From Podarcis gaigeae (taxonomy: Eukaryota): 64,000 nt of DNA. The stretch lies in NCBI GenBank assembly GCA_964106915.2, contig OZ066923.1; one strand, 5' to 3'. This document shows, piece after piece, positions 47,870 through 61,304 of this stretch. The notes under the pieces were generated by a model, which had not been told where the DNA came from, searched no databases, and saw nothing but the letters and a program-made list of their open reading frames with translations. A program made the translations under genes and the position numbers. Position 1 is the stretch's first letter, and each line of letters opens with the position of its first letter.

Positions 47870-48760
47870 ACACTGTCTGGAAGGGTGATGTCGGGAGGAT
47901 GTTGCAGGCAGCCCATGAGTTCTCCCCGTGCACAGGGGGACATGGCTTACCATATCTAAGCAGCCACACGGCTGGGGATCACCCCCTTGGTTCCCGCTTC
48001 TGTGGATCTCCAGCCCTCTTTTCATGCGTTCGTCATCTTGGCCTTGCTGGTTGGTCATCTGTTGAGGGGGCCTGATAGGAATTTTTCCACTTGGCAAATT
48101 GGCACCAGCCACTTGGTTTTCACCTACCTCGTAGCAAACTTTGTAAGGTTTGGTGGTTAGGCATTGGTAAAACCTGGTTCATGGGAGGGGAGGTTGTGGC
48201 CATCACCAGCCCCTCCTCATTTAAGGGTATTCCGTTAAAGGGATCCTGGGTATGGATCTCGTCCGGAGCCCGGGTATGGGCTAGGCCACAGGGGTCAGAA
48301 AACCTTTCCAGCAGGGGGCCAGTCCACTGTCCCTCAGACCTTGTGGGGGGCCAGACTATATTTTGAAAATTACATACGAATTCCTATGCCCCACAAATAA
48401 CCCAGAGATGCACTTTAAATAAAAGGACACATTCTACTCATGTAAAAACACGCTGCTTCCCAGACCGGCGATTGGGCTGGATCCAGCCCCCGGGCCTTAG
48501 TTTGCCTACCCATGGGCTAGGGTCATGCCATGACCCCATCGGGGACCCTGGGGGAGCTCGCAGTTGATGTATGCCAACAGGGCTCCCCCTACTGGTGGTT
48601 GACCTTTACTGGACTCCCTGCATGGCGGGCAGGAGTCAGATATAGTCGGTTCAATTCCAGTGCCTAAGCCAATACCACTCACATTCTGTAACCAATAAAG
48701 TTGTGGCCTTAATTTGCCCATTAACCTAAAATACTGGTGTCCATGTGTCAGTCTGATTGG
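47870..48760 (+). mobile_element. LTR-like/terminal-repeat element, possibly DIRS/Ngaro; boundaries approximate
   Basis: GC-rich block with TATA-like ATATCTAAGC near 47952 and AATAAAGTTGTGGCC near 48694; family assignment from recollection only. Confidence 0.4.
48287..48514. mobile_element. hAT non-autonomous element
   Basis: CAGGGGTCAG..AAAC / GTTTGCCTACCCATG ends; GGCTAGGC / GGCTAGGG flanks. Confidence 0.75.
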
Positions 48761-51700
48761 GCTGATCTGAAGGGCACACGCCTGTTGCATCTTCTTCAGC
48801 CCCACGCTGCTTTGCAAGCCTGGGATGTGGGATCAGACTCACAAAGCAGTGCAGGGCTGGCAGGGGCGGCATGGGGAGCAAAAGGCACCCTCAAAGAAAA
48901 TGTGCCTGGGGCAACAGCCCCCCTCACCCCCGCCCATGCTGTGAGCTGGCAAGTAGCGGCAGCTGGCAAGTAGCAGGATGCAGGGAATGGTGTGATCCTG
49001 CAAGAGGCAGTGGCCATGGGGTGTGTGGGTGAGCTGGCAAGTGGCAGCCACAGGATGTGGGTGGGAGAAATGTCCCAAATTCTTTGTGGAAATGTTGGAG
49101 CGTATGGACTATTTGCTCAGTGAGTGAAAAATATTTTTGTGATGTTATTTTTACAACCCACTACAAAGTGTCTTTGGGATTTGTAGTGTAGCAGTTTCAG
49201 AGAGGACAGGTGCTGGAACACACAAATGCAAAAATATGTTGGGGGGGGGGCTCAGGAAAAAGTGGCAGGCAGGAAAATGGTTAAGCATCCTTTTTTTCCT
49301 TCTGAGCCAGTTAATTGGCTCCCCATGGAAAAGCAATGACCACAGTAAATATTACATACAGCTGTGTTGTCAGGTACAGCTTGGCCTCAGGCGAGAAACG
49401 GAAGTTTGTGTAAAGTGGCCCTTTGTGCTAACGCTTCCTTGTCTTTTAATAGGTGCTTCTGTTCAGAGTACGTCTCCCATGATAGAGTCTCTGCCTGATT
49501 GCTCTCCTATGCTCTTGACCTCATTGCAAGGAAGACGAGGCATTCCTTCACAATGACATTATTAAATGAGAACCTAAATGCAAGAGCAGTTCATCATGGT
49601 GGACTACACTGTGGAAGAGGCACAGCATAAGCTCTGCTTTGCAAAGACTATAAATTATTTTAAAATCTTGTGAACCAAATGTACTCTGTCAAATATGTAC
49701 GGAGCCTTAAAGTTCTTAAACATTGGAAATGCCCCTTTGTCATTCTGGCTGAAGGGGTCATTGTTTTAAGGGGCCAGCATGAAACAAGGCCAAGGTGGTT
49801 TTCTCCTCCTCTGGTTTCTGTTTTTCGTAATAAGAACCAGAGCTCAGCACTTCCTCTGCCTGCCTATCCCTGCATTTCCTAATTCCCACCTGTCATTTCT
49901 GCTTGGAAATTCATTCATCATAAGTGGGAGCTGGAACAAAATGTTGCAGCACAGCAACATTCCAGGCATTCCATTCTCCCTGCTCCTGATCTCCTCTTCC
50001 CACACCAGTCAATTAGTATTCAATGGCCACTGAGAGGCCACTCTCAGTCCTCATTGCACTGCCTGAACTTCCTCGTCCTTTGAAATTGGCCCCACATTTT
50101 GTGGGGAGAAGCAACTTCTGCACTTCGGTGTTCTCCAAAGCCTGCTTGCATCTCCTTCTTGTCTGTGTCATTTTAGCTACATAAAGCGGTCACAGCCTGC
50201 ACATAGAAGTTATGATGTTACAAGCCAGGCTAGGCTAGACACTTCTTGACATTGAATGTTGCATATGAAGGATATACAGAGAACCATTCCAATCTGGAAC
50301 TCTCCCATCTGTAGCCTAAAGCAGTAAGTGGTAATGAACAAAGGTACCTTATCACCTGCAAGGTTATGTGAACTAGGACTCAGGGGTTGGCTTCAGACAA
50401 TCCACTCAGCTGCAAACTCAAGCTTAGAAGGGGCAATGAAATGATGTTAATGCTGACCTTCCTTACAGGATCATTGTGAGACCTAAAGGATAGTTTTTAC
50501 GCAGACTGAAATAATCAATCTGTGAGCTAGAATGTGAGAGCCAAAGAACATCTTCCCCAGTGTCAATGAACTAATAAAAAACACACACATAAAGAATACT
50601 TCTCTACTGTTGATTGTTTAAGAAAAGTAAAACAAAACAAAAAACTCTGGGCACTGTAGACACAATGCAGCAAATAATAAGCCAATTTGGACTTGTTACA
50701 TATCATTGTAAGGTGTTGGAATATAAATTTGCAAGGTATTTCATTATGCCAGTTCCATGTATCACCAACCCACCAAAAGACAGCTTATGTTTCCCAGAAT
50801 AGAGTTTTCCCATTAGGCCTGAGTTGATATTTGCAACTGCCTCATTGAATTATGGGCAAGTAATGGAGGACAACTGGATAATGGATGATTAATTGGTCAG
50901 CATTTAAAGTGAACTTTTCAAAGCCACCTAGGAAATCTGCATGCCAAGTTCCCATTAATTTTGGACATCCAGGAATAGGATTATCCAGATGTCCTAGACC
51001 GATATGTGAATCTCGGTGGGGAGGAAAGAAATCCCCAGGTGACAGGTGGTTTGTTTCCATTTGCTTCCTAATGAAAGGAGAATTTTTTTGTGATAATTTG
51101 AGCATACTGTGGAATCTGAAGCTAAAATTGCAGCTCCCACTCCTTCCTCTCTTCACCTAAGTGCCTTTGAAGGGAAAGTTATTAGAAGAGATGTTGATGG
51201 CCCTCAGAAAAAATCTGTGTGAGTCTAACCACATTATCATATATGTCAGTGATTCCTAAACTGTGTGCTGGTGCGTGCACTGCATGAGAACTCCCAACAC
51301 ACGGCAACGAAGGAAGAAGTTAAGTGGATAAGTATAACAAAAGGAGAACAGCAATGAAATCATGCTCTGAGCCAAAAGCAGCCACTCGCCAAAGAGCCTT
51401 TTCCTTGCACCTCTTGGTGTCACTGACTGCTCTGAGCTACAGAAGTGAGATGGTGGTTAGATGGTTTTAAAAGGGGATTAGGCAAATCCATGGAGGACAG
51501 GTAATATATCTGACCCCTAAATTGTAGTAGTTATCATCATCATCATTATCCTTCTATTTACTTATATTGCACCTTTTTCCCAACAACCTACAACAAATTA
51601 AAATACAGGTTAGATGAACCAATGGGCTGACTCAGTCCTTGAGGGTTGATCTGAACCACATCCGCAAGACAGTCAATATACCATTTCAACATCCATTTGG

Positions 51701-52167
51701 TGCCACAGATCTACATCTTCCATTAAGCCATAAATACAATCCTGTTCTTTACTTCCAGGAACTGCAACAACCAACCACTGGAGCAGGGGATATGGAAATG
51801 TGAAATTTGCCTAGTTGAAAGAAGCAAGCTTCATAAACTATGGTTGAAATTAGCTTGCATTGGTTTTAAGGTAAACCACAATTTGTCAGGTTCAGGCGAC
51901 ACTGTGAGCTGTGGTTAATTAAAAAAAACTTCTAACTACACATGACACATAGGGGGCAGTGTGCAATGCCAAGGCTTTATTTGGCTCGTTCCTGTCATGA
52001 TAAACCATGGTTTATTGTGAAGTATGAATGCAACCTGCACATGATAGAGGTTGAGAGGAAAACTTGACACAAAGCTATAGATTTCAGTGGTCTTATGTTT
52101 CATATAATGAGTGCTTCTGCCCACCATGTTCAGACTCAAACAGCAGGAACACTACATGTGCTACACA

Positions 52168-52628
52168 AGAGGATTTGACAAATTCATGGAGGATGGAACT
52201 CTAAATGGCTACGCATCGTGATAGTTGTCTACTGTTTCCCAGATTGGAGGCAGCGTACTACAGTGGTACCTCTGGTTACGAACGCTTCAGGTTATGAGCT
52301 CCACTAACCCGGAAGTAGCTGCTCCTGGTTGTGAACTTTGCCCCAGGATGTGAACAGAAATTGTGCACCAGAGGCACACGCACAGCGGGACAGCCCATTA
52401 GCAAAAGCGCACCTCAGGGTAAGAACGGTTTCAGCTTAAGAACGAACCTCCAGAACCAATTAAGTTCATAACCAGAGGTACCACTGTAGTTCCTAGGGAA
52501 TAACGATGGGAGAGTTCATGTCCTGTTGTGAGTTTCCAATAGGTGCCTTGGTTGATTAGCTGTGGGGAACAGGATACCAGCCTAGATAGACCTGTGGTCT
52601 CGTCCAGAAGGGCTCTTCTTATGTTTTT
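52168..52628 (+). mobile_element. Old CR1-type 3' end hosting a MITE
   Basis: GACAAATTCATGGAGG...GGGCTCTTCTTATGTT. Confidence 0.7.
52261..52486. mobile_element. Tc1/mariner-pogo MITE, family A variant
   Basis: TA|CAGTGGTACCTCTGGTTA...TAACCAGAGGTACCACTG|TA. Confidence 0.92.
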
Positions 52629-54187
52629 AGTGAGGATGCTATCATTTCTCCAAAGGAATAACAGAGGAAGCAGGTAGTGAACATCCAGTGACATTCAGCA
52701 GCTATTTGCTTTGTGCCGTTCTGCTGCAGCGAGTTCCGATTTGCTTAGATTTTGAATATGCGGCATATTCCCATGAAAGGCAGAGAAAAAGTAATATTTA
52801 AAGTGAATTATCACCCAATTAGTACAGAGAGCCGAGCCCCAGCGTAATTGAAAAAAGAAGCATACATCAATTTATTAAAGCCAGGGTTCTAATGGGTAAG
52901 TGCTTACAAGACCCTCCTAGAAGCTGTCCACATGTATGTAAATATATGCTAATTACTGTTCTCCGCAGAATGCTTGAAAGACAATGAGCAGAATATACAG
53001 TTGTGAAAGGTCAACTGAATGAGAGTTTCCCCAGTGCGCCTCTAATGGCAGAGTGCCCGTTTTGACAGAATGGATGTCACTTAAAGTAAAACTCATTTTC
53101 CTCATCACCATTTTCTTTCAGAAAATAAAAAACAAGCATAAGCAACATAATATCGCCAGAGGGCTTAAACAGAAGACTCTCCAATGACTTGAAGGCGAAA
53201 GAGAGGCTACGAAGCGCACCAAATGTAATGGGAAAAACAAACAAGGAGGAGAGGAATACGGGCAGCTGCTAATGAATTTAGAATAATGTTATGGGCAATA
53301 TTTGTAAGTTAATTGCCCAGCTATGTCATTTCACCATTTTGTTCGTTACCAGTGCTAGGCTTGCATTTTAAGTGAGCAGGCGAAGGCTGTGGTCTTGTGC
53401 GTGCCTTGTGGGGAGCAAGAGCTCAGTAGGACTGATTTCTGAGCCATTAAAAATATGCAGAGGGGTAGACGGTACGTGTTTTCAAAGCAGCCCTTGCACA
53501 TTTCCCCAGTAATCCTTACAACAGCCCTGAAAGAGAGGACATTCTAGAGACACAAAAGTCTTCTGACACCTGAAAAACAAAGCTGATTTGTGAACTTATC
53601 TCTGGACATGGTGCATTATCAGTTGGCAGCTCTCTCTCTCTTGTTCTGCACCTTATGAAGTCCATAAAAAATGTCTGTAGGTTAAGGTCAGTATTTATTA
53701 ATTACACAAGTGAGACCTGCAAGAAAATATTGCAGTGTGGCATTCTCTGGTCAGGGTTCCAGCCAGCCAGTCATGCTTTCTTCCAGGACATTCTTTGCCT
53801 CCTTCCACTTCTTTCATGGTCCCTGAGCATGCTGCTTTTGAGTACCCCCTTAAGATTCGCCCCAAACTTTTGAGGGGATGGCTACTTCTGAAAACCCAGA
53901 AGCAGATTACTGGGAGCGGGGCTGTGCAGCAGGTGGTTCACTGCAGTTTACTGAGAGAAAGAGGGGCAAGGTAGCAGGGATGTCCGTACAGTGGCAATGT
54001 GTTGATGGAGCCATTGCGGGACGCCGGACAATGAATCTACGTTGTGCCAACCTGCCTGCTGCCTGGCCCCACCACCTCTCCCAGTAAATATCAGTGACCC
54101 ACCTGCTGGGAAAGTAGCATAGCAGCTCTGCCCCACCTAACAGGCTGCTTCTGGTCCCCCCCCCCCAAGCCTGCTGATGGTGAATTA

Positions 54188-54601
54188 CCGTATTTTTCGC
54201 CCCATAGGACGCACCGGCCCATAGGACGCACCAAGTTTTTTTGGGGGGAAATAAAGGGGGGGGAAATTATTTCCCCCCCAGGTGCTTGTGGGGCCGGCAG
54301 CGGGGAGAAGTGCTCTTCTCCCCGCCGCCCACCTTCAGATCAGGTCCAGGGACAGCAGGAAGATGCGCTGCACCTCCCAGCTGTCCCCAGAGCTTGCGGG
54401 GCTGGCAGCGGGGAGAAGCGCTCTTCTCCCCGCCGCCCGCCTTCAGATCAGGTCCGGGGACAGCGGGAAGACGCGGTGTGCACCGACCCCTCTCGCTCTC
54501 CAGGCTTCAGCGAAAGCCTGCATTCGCCCCATAGGATGCACACACATTTCCCCTTCATTTTTGGAGGGGGAAAAGTGCGTCCTATAGGGCGAAAAATACG
54601 G
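54188..54601. mobile_element. Tc1/mariner-pogo non-autonomous element, CpG-rich
   Basis: TA|CCGTATTTTTCGCCC...GGGCGAAAAATACGG|TA; subterminal CATAGGACGCAC repeats; internal duplication with about 108-bp period. Confidence 0.92.
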
Positions 54602-55874
54602 TATGTCTTTTTGGCTGCATCAGGCTCCACACTCAGAGAACTGAGTTTGCTAGTCATATATATGACATTGCAGAAGGGAAACTAGGTCTGAAGGACTTTG
54701 GCTTCCCCAAGGCCACTTCATGAGTTTGTGGCTGGTGTGAGGGTTGAACTGGCGGCTTCTTCACTGTTCCTTCAATGCTGTGTGCTACACCATGTGATGA
54801 ACGCATTACATTATCCATCTGTTTAAGATTCATTCCTCAGTGGTGGAAAAAAAGAGAGGGAAGCCTTTCCCAGCAAGATATATGGAATGCAGCTATGCTG
54901 CAAAATGTGCTGTGCACATGTATTTGTGAGTGTGCGCACGATAATGTGGTTTTGTGAGATAGTGCCCTTTCAGTTAATGTAATGACAGTCGGCGATAAAT
55001 GGATGGACACTCTATGCTGTTTTATTGCTAGACTGCAGAATTCGTCTAATGTCCTCTGGACAAGGGTAAGCGCATTGCAACAACCATTCAAATCCCTTTC
55101 CTAATACTTAATGATAGCTTTAAAAAAATCTTGATAGTTTCCTGCTTCCTTTTTAACAGTCTTGCCTGCTTTCAACATCTCTATCTCATTTCAGGTGCTT
55201 ATGTATGGAATTCAGGTTTAGAGCTGAAAGATGTATGGGGGGGGGATGTTGCAGCATTGGGGGGACTTGGTAAATGTCCTTAATGCCTTTTTTGCTGACA
55301 AGGAGGTTGCTGGCCAGTAGCCAGGTCTTCCTAGCTGGCCATGCCTCTGCATATGTGATTGGAATGGTGAGCACAAGAAAGATTGCACAGGGCAAAGCAA
55401 TTTTGCAGAGCAGAACTGCATCATCCAGGTGGCTGTTGTGTGAGGGGGAAGTCTATACATATGGCAGTTGCCCATGCAGTTTAGATTTAAACACTCCGAT
55501 TGACAGGTGATGGTGTACCGGGGAAATTAATGCAGAAGTCTGAGCTTCACAGCAAAGCAAGGAGAAATAAAGGGAAGCAGGATCTACAACAAAAGAGAAC
55601 AGTGTGATAATGCTGACAGTGAGAAATGCTTCAGATATTCGTGTTTTAGTGAGCAAATGCAGCGAAGGCTTATGTTGAAAATGTACACCAAACCAGCTCT
55701 TAAGTCTCCAGCAGTCCAGTATAGCTACCTTTTTGTAAATAGCATCCAGGCCCCCCTGGTTAAGCCCATTCCAGTCCAGGCCCCCTAACCCACTTCTAGG
55801 TATGTGTAGTGGTTAGTTGTCTTTGATGGGGATGGGTAACACCATCTGCATGAATTGATTCAGTGGGGCCCATG

Positions 55875-56024
55875 CAGTGGCATAGCGTGGGTTGTCAGCA
55901 CCTGGGGCAAGGCAAGTAATTTGCACCCCCTAACCTGTGGATTTGCGCCCCCTAACCCTAACCACCAGATGTTGCGCCCGGTGCGGCTGGCCCCCCCCCC
56001 TGCACCACCCACGCTACACCACTG
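55875..56024. mobile_element. hAT MITE with CCCTAA hexamers, second copy
   Basis: CAGTGGCATAGCGTGG...CACGCTACACCACTG; perfect TSD GGCCCATG. Confidence 0.93.
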
Positions 56025-56563
56025 GGCCCATGGTGCAGGTGTGCATTCGTACTTACAATCTGCTGTACCTGCATCAAGTTCTTTCTGCATGCAGATCTTG
56101 GTTGTTGCAACAGAGAAACTGGGTTTAAATGCACCACACACTTAAGTGCAGGGAGCAGTGGGGAAGAGCTGGTGGTCTCTTGAGATGCTGATTCACTGTG
56201 CCACAGGCAAGCCAATAGGTGGCAATGGGAGATGGCCTCATTGCAAAGATAATGAGGATGCCCCGATGATTTCCTGAGAAGATCTGGCTAATTTTGAGCA
56301 AGGATGTAGAGTGATTGGTCTTGAATGAGGAAAGTGAAATATCGCTGGGAACAACAGTGGGGAAAGGAGTAGTCTCCTGCAAACCCTTGGTATGAACTGC
56401 ATCAGAGGAGACAAACGATGCCTGTCATTCTTCCTTTCACACACTGAAGGACACTGGGAACTATTGTAGAGTTCAAAGAGGGGGACAATAACTGTCAGGC
56501 CCCGTTTCCCTCCCATTGTGTTGGATCTTGGCCTTTGTCCACAGGGAGGGATTTGAATTAGTA

Positions 56564-56789
56564 CAGTGGTACCTCGGGTTAAGTACTTAATTCGTTCCGG
56601 AGGTCCGTTCTTAACCGGAAACTGTTCTTAACCTGAAGCACCACTTTAGCTAATGGGGCCTCCTGCTGCCGCCGCATCACCAGAGCACGATTTCTGTTCT
56701 CATCCTGAAGCAAAGTTCTTAACCTGAAGCACTATTTCTGGGTTAGCGGAGTCTGTAACCTGAAGTGTATGTAACCCGAGGTACCACTG
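56564..56789. mobile_element. Tc1/mariner-pogo MITE, family A
   Basis: TA|CAGTGGTACCTCGGGTTA...TAACCCGAGGTACCACTG|TA. Confidence 0.94.
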
Positions 56790-56958
56790 TACTCAGTACT
56801 CAGCCTGAGGGCTCATCTGTGAGCATGGGAACTCACATCAAAGACAAACATGCATGTAGATTCACTCTTGCCACGTATAAGGGATGTAGTCAAAACCTTT
56901 TAAAATACAAAGTTTCCAAACTGTGCCATGCAGTGTGTGTGTGAGATGCTTCATAATA

Positions 56959-57210
56959 CAGTGGTACCTTGGTTTATGAACTTAATCCGTTCCAGAAGTC
57001 CGTTCTTAAACCAAAGTGTTCTTAAACCAAGGTGTGCTTTCCCATAGCAGCGGGAGACGCAATTTACAAATGGAACACACTCAACAGGAAGCAAAACATG
57101 TTCTGCTTCCAAGGCAAAGTTCAGAAACCAAAACACCTACTTCCGGGTTTGCAGCATTCTTAATCCAAGTTGTTCATAAACTAAGCTGTTCTTAAACCAA
57201 GGTCCTACTG
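56959..57210. mobile_element. Tc1/mariner-pogo MITE, family B
   Basis: TA|CAGTGGTACCTTGGTTTA...TAAACCAAGGTCCTACTG|TA. Confidence 0.92.
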
Positions 57211-58722
57211 TATACTGATTTGCAGACATATGTTAGGAACCCAGTGCCATTTCAAATACAACGCATTGTATTTTATATAATGTCAGGTATGTAGGGCAGG
57301 TGCGTGTGGCTTAGTCAAAATAACCTTGCTGACCAAATGGGGATGCCTGATGGGCCTAATGAGGCCTGTGGGCTGGAGTTGCCCCACATCTGGCTTACAA
57401 TATAAAAGACACAACATTAAAGGAAAAGGGATTGATGAGGGGGGAAAGCAAACCCAGATAGCTGCAAAATCCTTATACCAATCAGCCTTGATGGATGGAG
57501 GAGGCTGATGGACTGGTGTCTCAGCAGAACTGGCATATTGTCTCAGAACTGAACCCCAAGTTGCTAGCAAAGAGCAGCATCACATCACTGACCACACACC
57601 TGGCCTGATATGGCAGCCAGAAAAGAAATTAGATGTATAACAGTGAAACCAGATAAATGTGTTAAATTCACCTGCACACTGTTGCTATGCTGTTCACCCT
57701 TTTATCCTGTAAGCATACAGGGTGGTTATTTCTGCAAAATAACTAGAAGTTTTGTGTGTGACAAACACACAGGGCAAAGCACCTTATATTTAAAGTGAAG
57801 AAGCCTTTCAGACTTCCTTGTTCTTCACCAAAGTACAGAAAAAGGCATGAATACAGGATTTTTTGTGGGTCACCTTTAAATTTGCATGTATGAGAACAGA
57901 TAATCCTAAAAGCAGAAGGTGATCTTCCCCGTTCTGAAAAAAAAATGTGCAAAGGAGGCTATTGTTTAAGGATTAGACACAGGAAAATAAGGGAATTGTA
58001 ATTCTAATCTCAAAAGGAAAATAAAAGACAAAAACAAGACTCTGTGATAAACACCATACACTGAGCTGTAAGATTAACATAGTTGTGTTTAGCAGACGGA
58101 AGGTAAACAGATTAGAGATGAAGGTGGCACTGGGATTCAATCTGATTTAGTTGCTATGAATACATATTCTTTGCAATCTAGAATGTGTAATGCTTTTTGA
58201 GGCAGCAGTCCTGCTGCTAGTGTTGTGTGTGGCACTGCTAATATACAGGTGCCAAGAGGAATAGACATAGATGTGGCATCTTGATTAAAAATCTTTGCTT
58301 GGTAGGTAAAATCATACCCCGCAATGTTGACAATAGTCCATTCTTTTCCCTAGTCTTCAAGCCTGAGGGATTTTCCAAGGTGCCTTCTGTTCTTTTGATG
58401 GAAAAGATTTTTGGCACGCCTGCCTCCAAACAGGCCAAAACACCCTGGCTATTACTCTGCTGGTACCAATTCCCTCATTTGTTGCTCAGGTGAAACTGAG
58501 CATTATGGAACCTTGCCTCAGTAATCTGCTGGTGGGTGCTTAAACACAGACTCAACATGCTGCCTTTTGTGGGAGGTGTGTGGCTTCTTATTCCGCCATC
58601 TTATAATAATATAACAGGGGATTGCAGTGTTAAAGAAAAAAGGCCTCTATTTTCTACCGACGTGGAGCCCTTAATATGTTGTGCACCATACATGTCATGA
58701 AAAGATCAAGCATTACCAAGTA

Positions 58723-58974
58723 CAGTGGTACCTTGGTTTATGAACTTAATCCATCCTGGAAGTCCGTTCTTAAACCAAAGCGCTCTTAAACCAAGGCGTG
58801 CTTTGCCATAGCAGCGGGGCACGCAATTTACAAATGGGACACACTCAACAGGAAGTGAAACATGTTCTTATTCCAAGGCAAAGTTCACAAACCAAAACAT
58901 CTACTTCCGGGTTTGCAGCATTCTTAATCCGAGTTGTTCATAAACTATGCTGCTCTTAAACCAAGGTACCACTG
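58723..58974. mobile_element. Tc1/mariner-pogo MITE, family B
   Basis: TA|CAGTGGTACCTTGGTTTA...TAAACCAAGGTACCACTG|TA; colinear with the 56959 copy. Confidence 0.93.
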
Positions 58975-59551
58975 TAATACCTATCTACCCAAAGAGAGAG
59001 ATTCTAGAGCAAGGAGATAGTCAGCACCAAGGACAGGGCCGTGAATGGAGTGTTGTGTAGCTCATTAAGTCAGACTACTTATATAGATAGCAAGAGATGC
59101 CAGTAAATTACTTACTTTTCTTATGTCTTTGAGGGTAATTATTTGCAGATGCTTGGCATTTTTTAATAGCATTTTTTAAAAGCAAAAGCAGTGAAATACC
59201 AAAACTTGCTTGCTCATTCACTCGGTTTACACAGGCATAATCACACCTTCAGGAGGCTTTCTCTTTTGTAAGGTAAAGTACATCTGTCAGCCGAGCATTC
59301 TTCACATATTTTAAAATGAAGTATCTCAACTGTTCATCCTGCATCCTTAAGGACTGCCACTTCTCCCACCACAGCTATTATATCTTTCTGACTGCAAGAG
59401 GTTGCTGCTTCCCACTTCTGGAATGCTTTCCTGCTGTGAAGCTATGCATGTTCCAGAAAGAATGCTAGCTCTTTACTTTTAGTATGATCCAGGAATGGAT
59501 AGCTGTGATTCCCACCCACCCCAACCTACACATCCCCCCCCCAACCTACAC

Positions 59552-60045
59552 ATTTCTTTTAGGAATTACAGGGAATGAAATTAGAAGAAAAGACTGTAAA
59601 CTTTTTCAATATGCAGCCACAGCAGCAAGAATTCTACTGGCCTAGAAATGGAAACAAGAGGAAATACCGACAATAGAAGAATGGAGACTGAAGCTGACTG
59701 ACTATGCAGAATTGGACAGATTAACCAGAAAAATTAGAGATCTTCAAGACCAAAAGTTCATCGAGGACTGGGGGAAATTTGTTGAATATCTGAAAAGAAC
59801 ATGTGATGTGCAAACAACACTGGTGGGATTTCAAGAAGCTCTGTGAAAGCAGAGATATATTGTTAAAAACAAATAGGAGTGGGAGGGAAGTTTAATGGCA
59901 ATATAAACAGAGGAATGCGTAAACTGAGAAGTAATTATGGATGATTGTCAGAGAAGCCAAAGGAAGTCTAAAAAGAATCAAATTTGTGAAAATTTGACAT
60001 AATTGTATATTTGTGTTGGAAAATAATAATTTTTTTTTAAAAAGT
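59552..60045 (+). mobile_element. L1 3' fragment related to 21290-23159
   Basis: FLLGITGNEIRRKDCKLFQYAATAARILLA*KWK...TLVGFQEAL versus FLLGLVGREIKRKDYKLFQYATTAARVLLAKNWK...TLVGFKGAL. Confidence 0.92.
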
Positions 60046-60789
60046 GATTTAGTTTCATGGGTCTTCCCAGAATATGACTTAGTTGGATTTAAGAGTCCAA
60101 CGATGTAGTTTCTGTTTACCTGGACATTCTCGGTAAGTGTTTCATTATAATTTGTTTTACTGACTCTACTGAGATGACATGTCAACAGCTGCAAAAAAGT
60201 GTAGTCTTAGCAACAAAAAACTATGAACACAACAATGTCACTTGGTTAAATCATACATCCCCCCCCGAAAAAAGGGGTCCCAGAGTGGTTCCAATGTTGT
60301 GCCGATATGTGATGTGTTGATTTATATTTACTCCACATTTTGTTGTTTGCAAACTCTACCCCTCCTGCACCGTTGCAGTGGAACTCCAGAATATCTTCTT
60401 GCTTTGAACTAGTAGCACTGACAAAAGGTGATCTGCCAGCTACATTAGCCAGCAATTCCCAAACAAGCCTAGACAAGATAGATCACATCCCCACCTCTTT
60501 TTCTAATTGCATGTCTGCAGACCAAGAGTTCCCAGAAACTGTTCATCTTGCTGCATGGTGGCACATTCTGGGCACTGAATAGCAATCGGGACATTGACCT
60601 AAATGAGCTTGCAAAACTGTGCGTGGTCCTTTCTCTCTTGTTAAGGAGTAGGGCCTGCAATACCAGGGCCAGGGCTCACAGGAGCTCCTCTTCATGGTTC
60701 CTGCCTTGCAGTCCAGAGCTATCTACTTCTGAGAGGCTCTTGCTTTCAGCCCAGACTCAGTCCTAGCCTTCCTTGTGGTCTTCTTTCCA

Positions 60790-61215
60790 TTTTTTTTAAT
60801 GATATTTTATTAAGTTTTAAGAATAACAACAAACAGAAAAAGGAAAAAACACATACACAAAAATATGAAGTTACAAAGTACAAAAAATTCAGAAGTTTAA
60901 CTTAGGGGAAAAAAGAAAAACAAAAAAGAAAAGAAAAAGCACATTAAAAAAAAAGAAAACACAAAATCCCTCTTTTTAATTCCTCATCTTTAATTCACTT
61001 ATTTTCCTGACTTCATCACATCTCCCTTTTTTGTATCCCTTTTGAAAATTAGTTCAGCAAATTCATATCCAATTAATTTATCTATTATCAATCCAATCTT
61101 ATTTTTTACCTTGTTGCTAGAACCCCTTCAGTTCATTTCAATGTCATTAACGTTCAAAAATTTTACAATGTTTCTGTAAATAAATTTTAAATTTCGTCCA
61201 ATCTTCTTCCACCAA
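60790..61215 (-). mobile_element. L1 extreme 3' end
   Basis: T-run and TTTATT on the left; minus strand EEDWTKFKIYLQKHC; perfect 19-bp TSD CCTTGTGGTCTTCTTTCCA at 60771-60789 and 61216-61234. Confidence 0.92.
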
Positions 61216-61304
61216 CCTTGTGGTCTTCTTTCCAGCTGCCCACCATCTGTTTCTGCTGCTGAATCCCTGTTACTGGCTAGTACTCCCTGCTGCATCCAGC
61301 TGCC

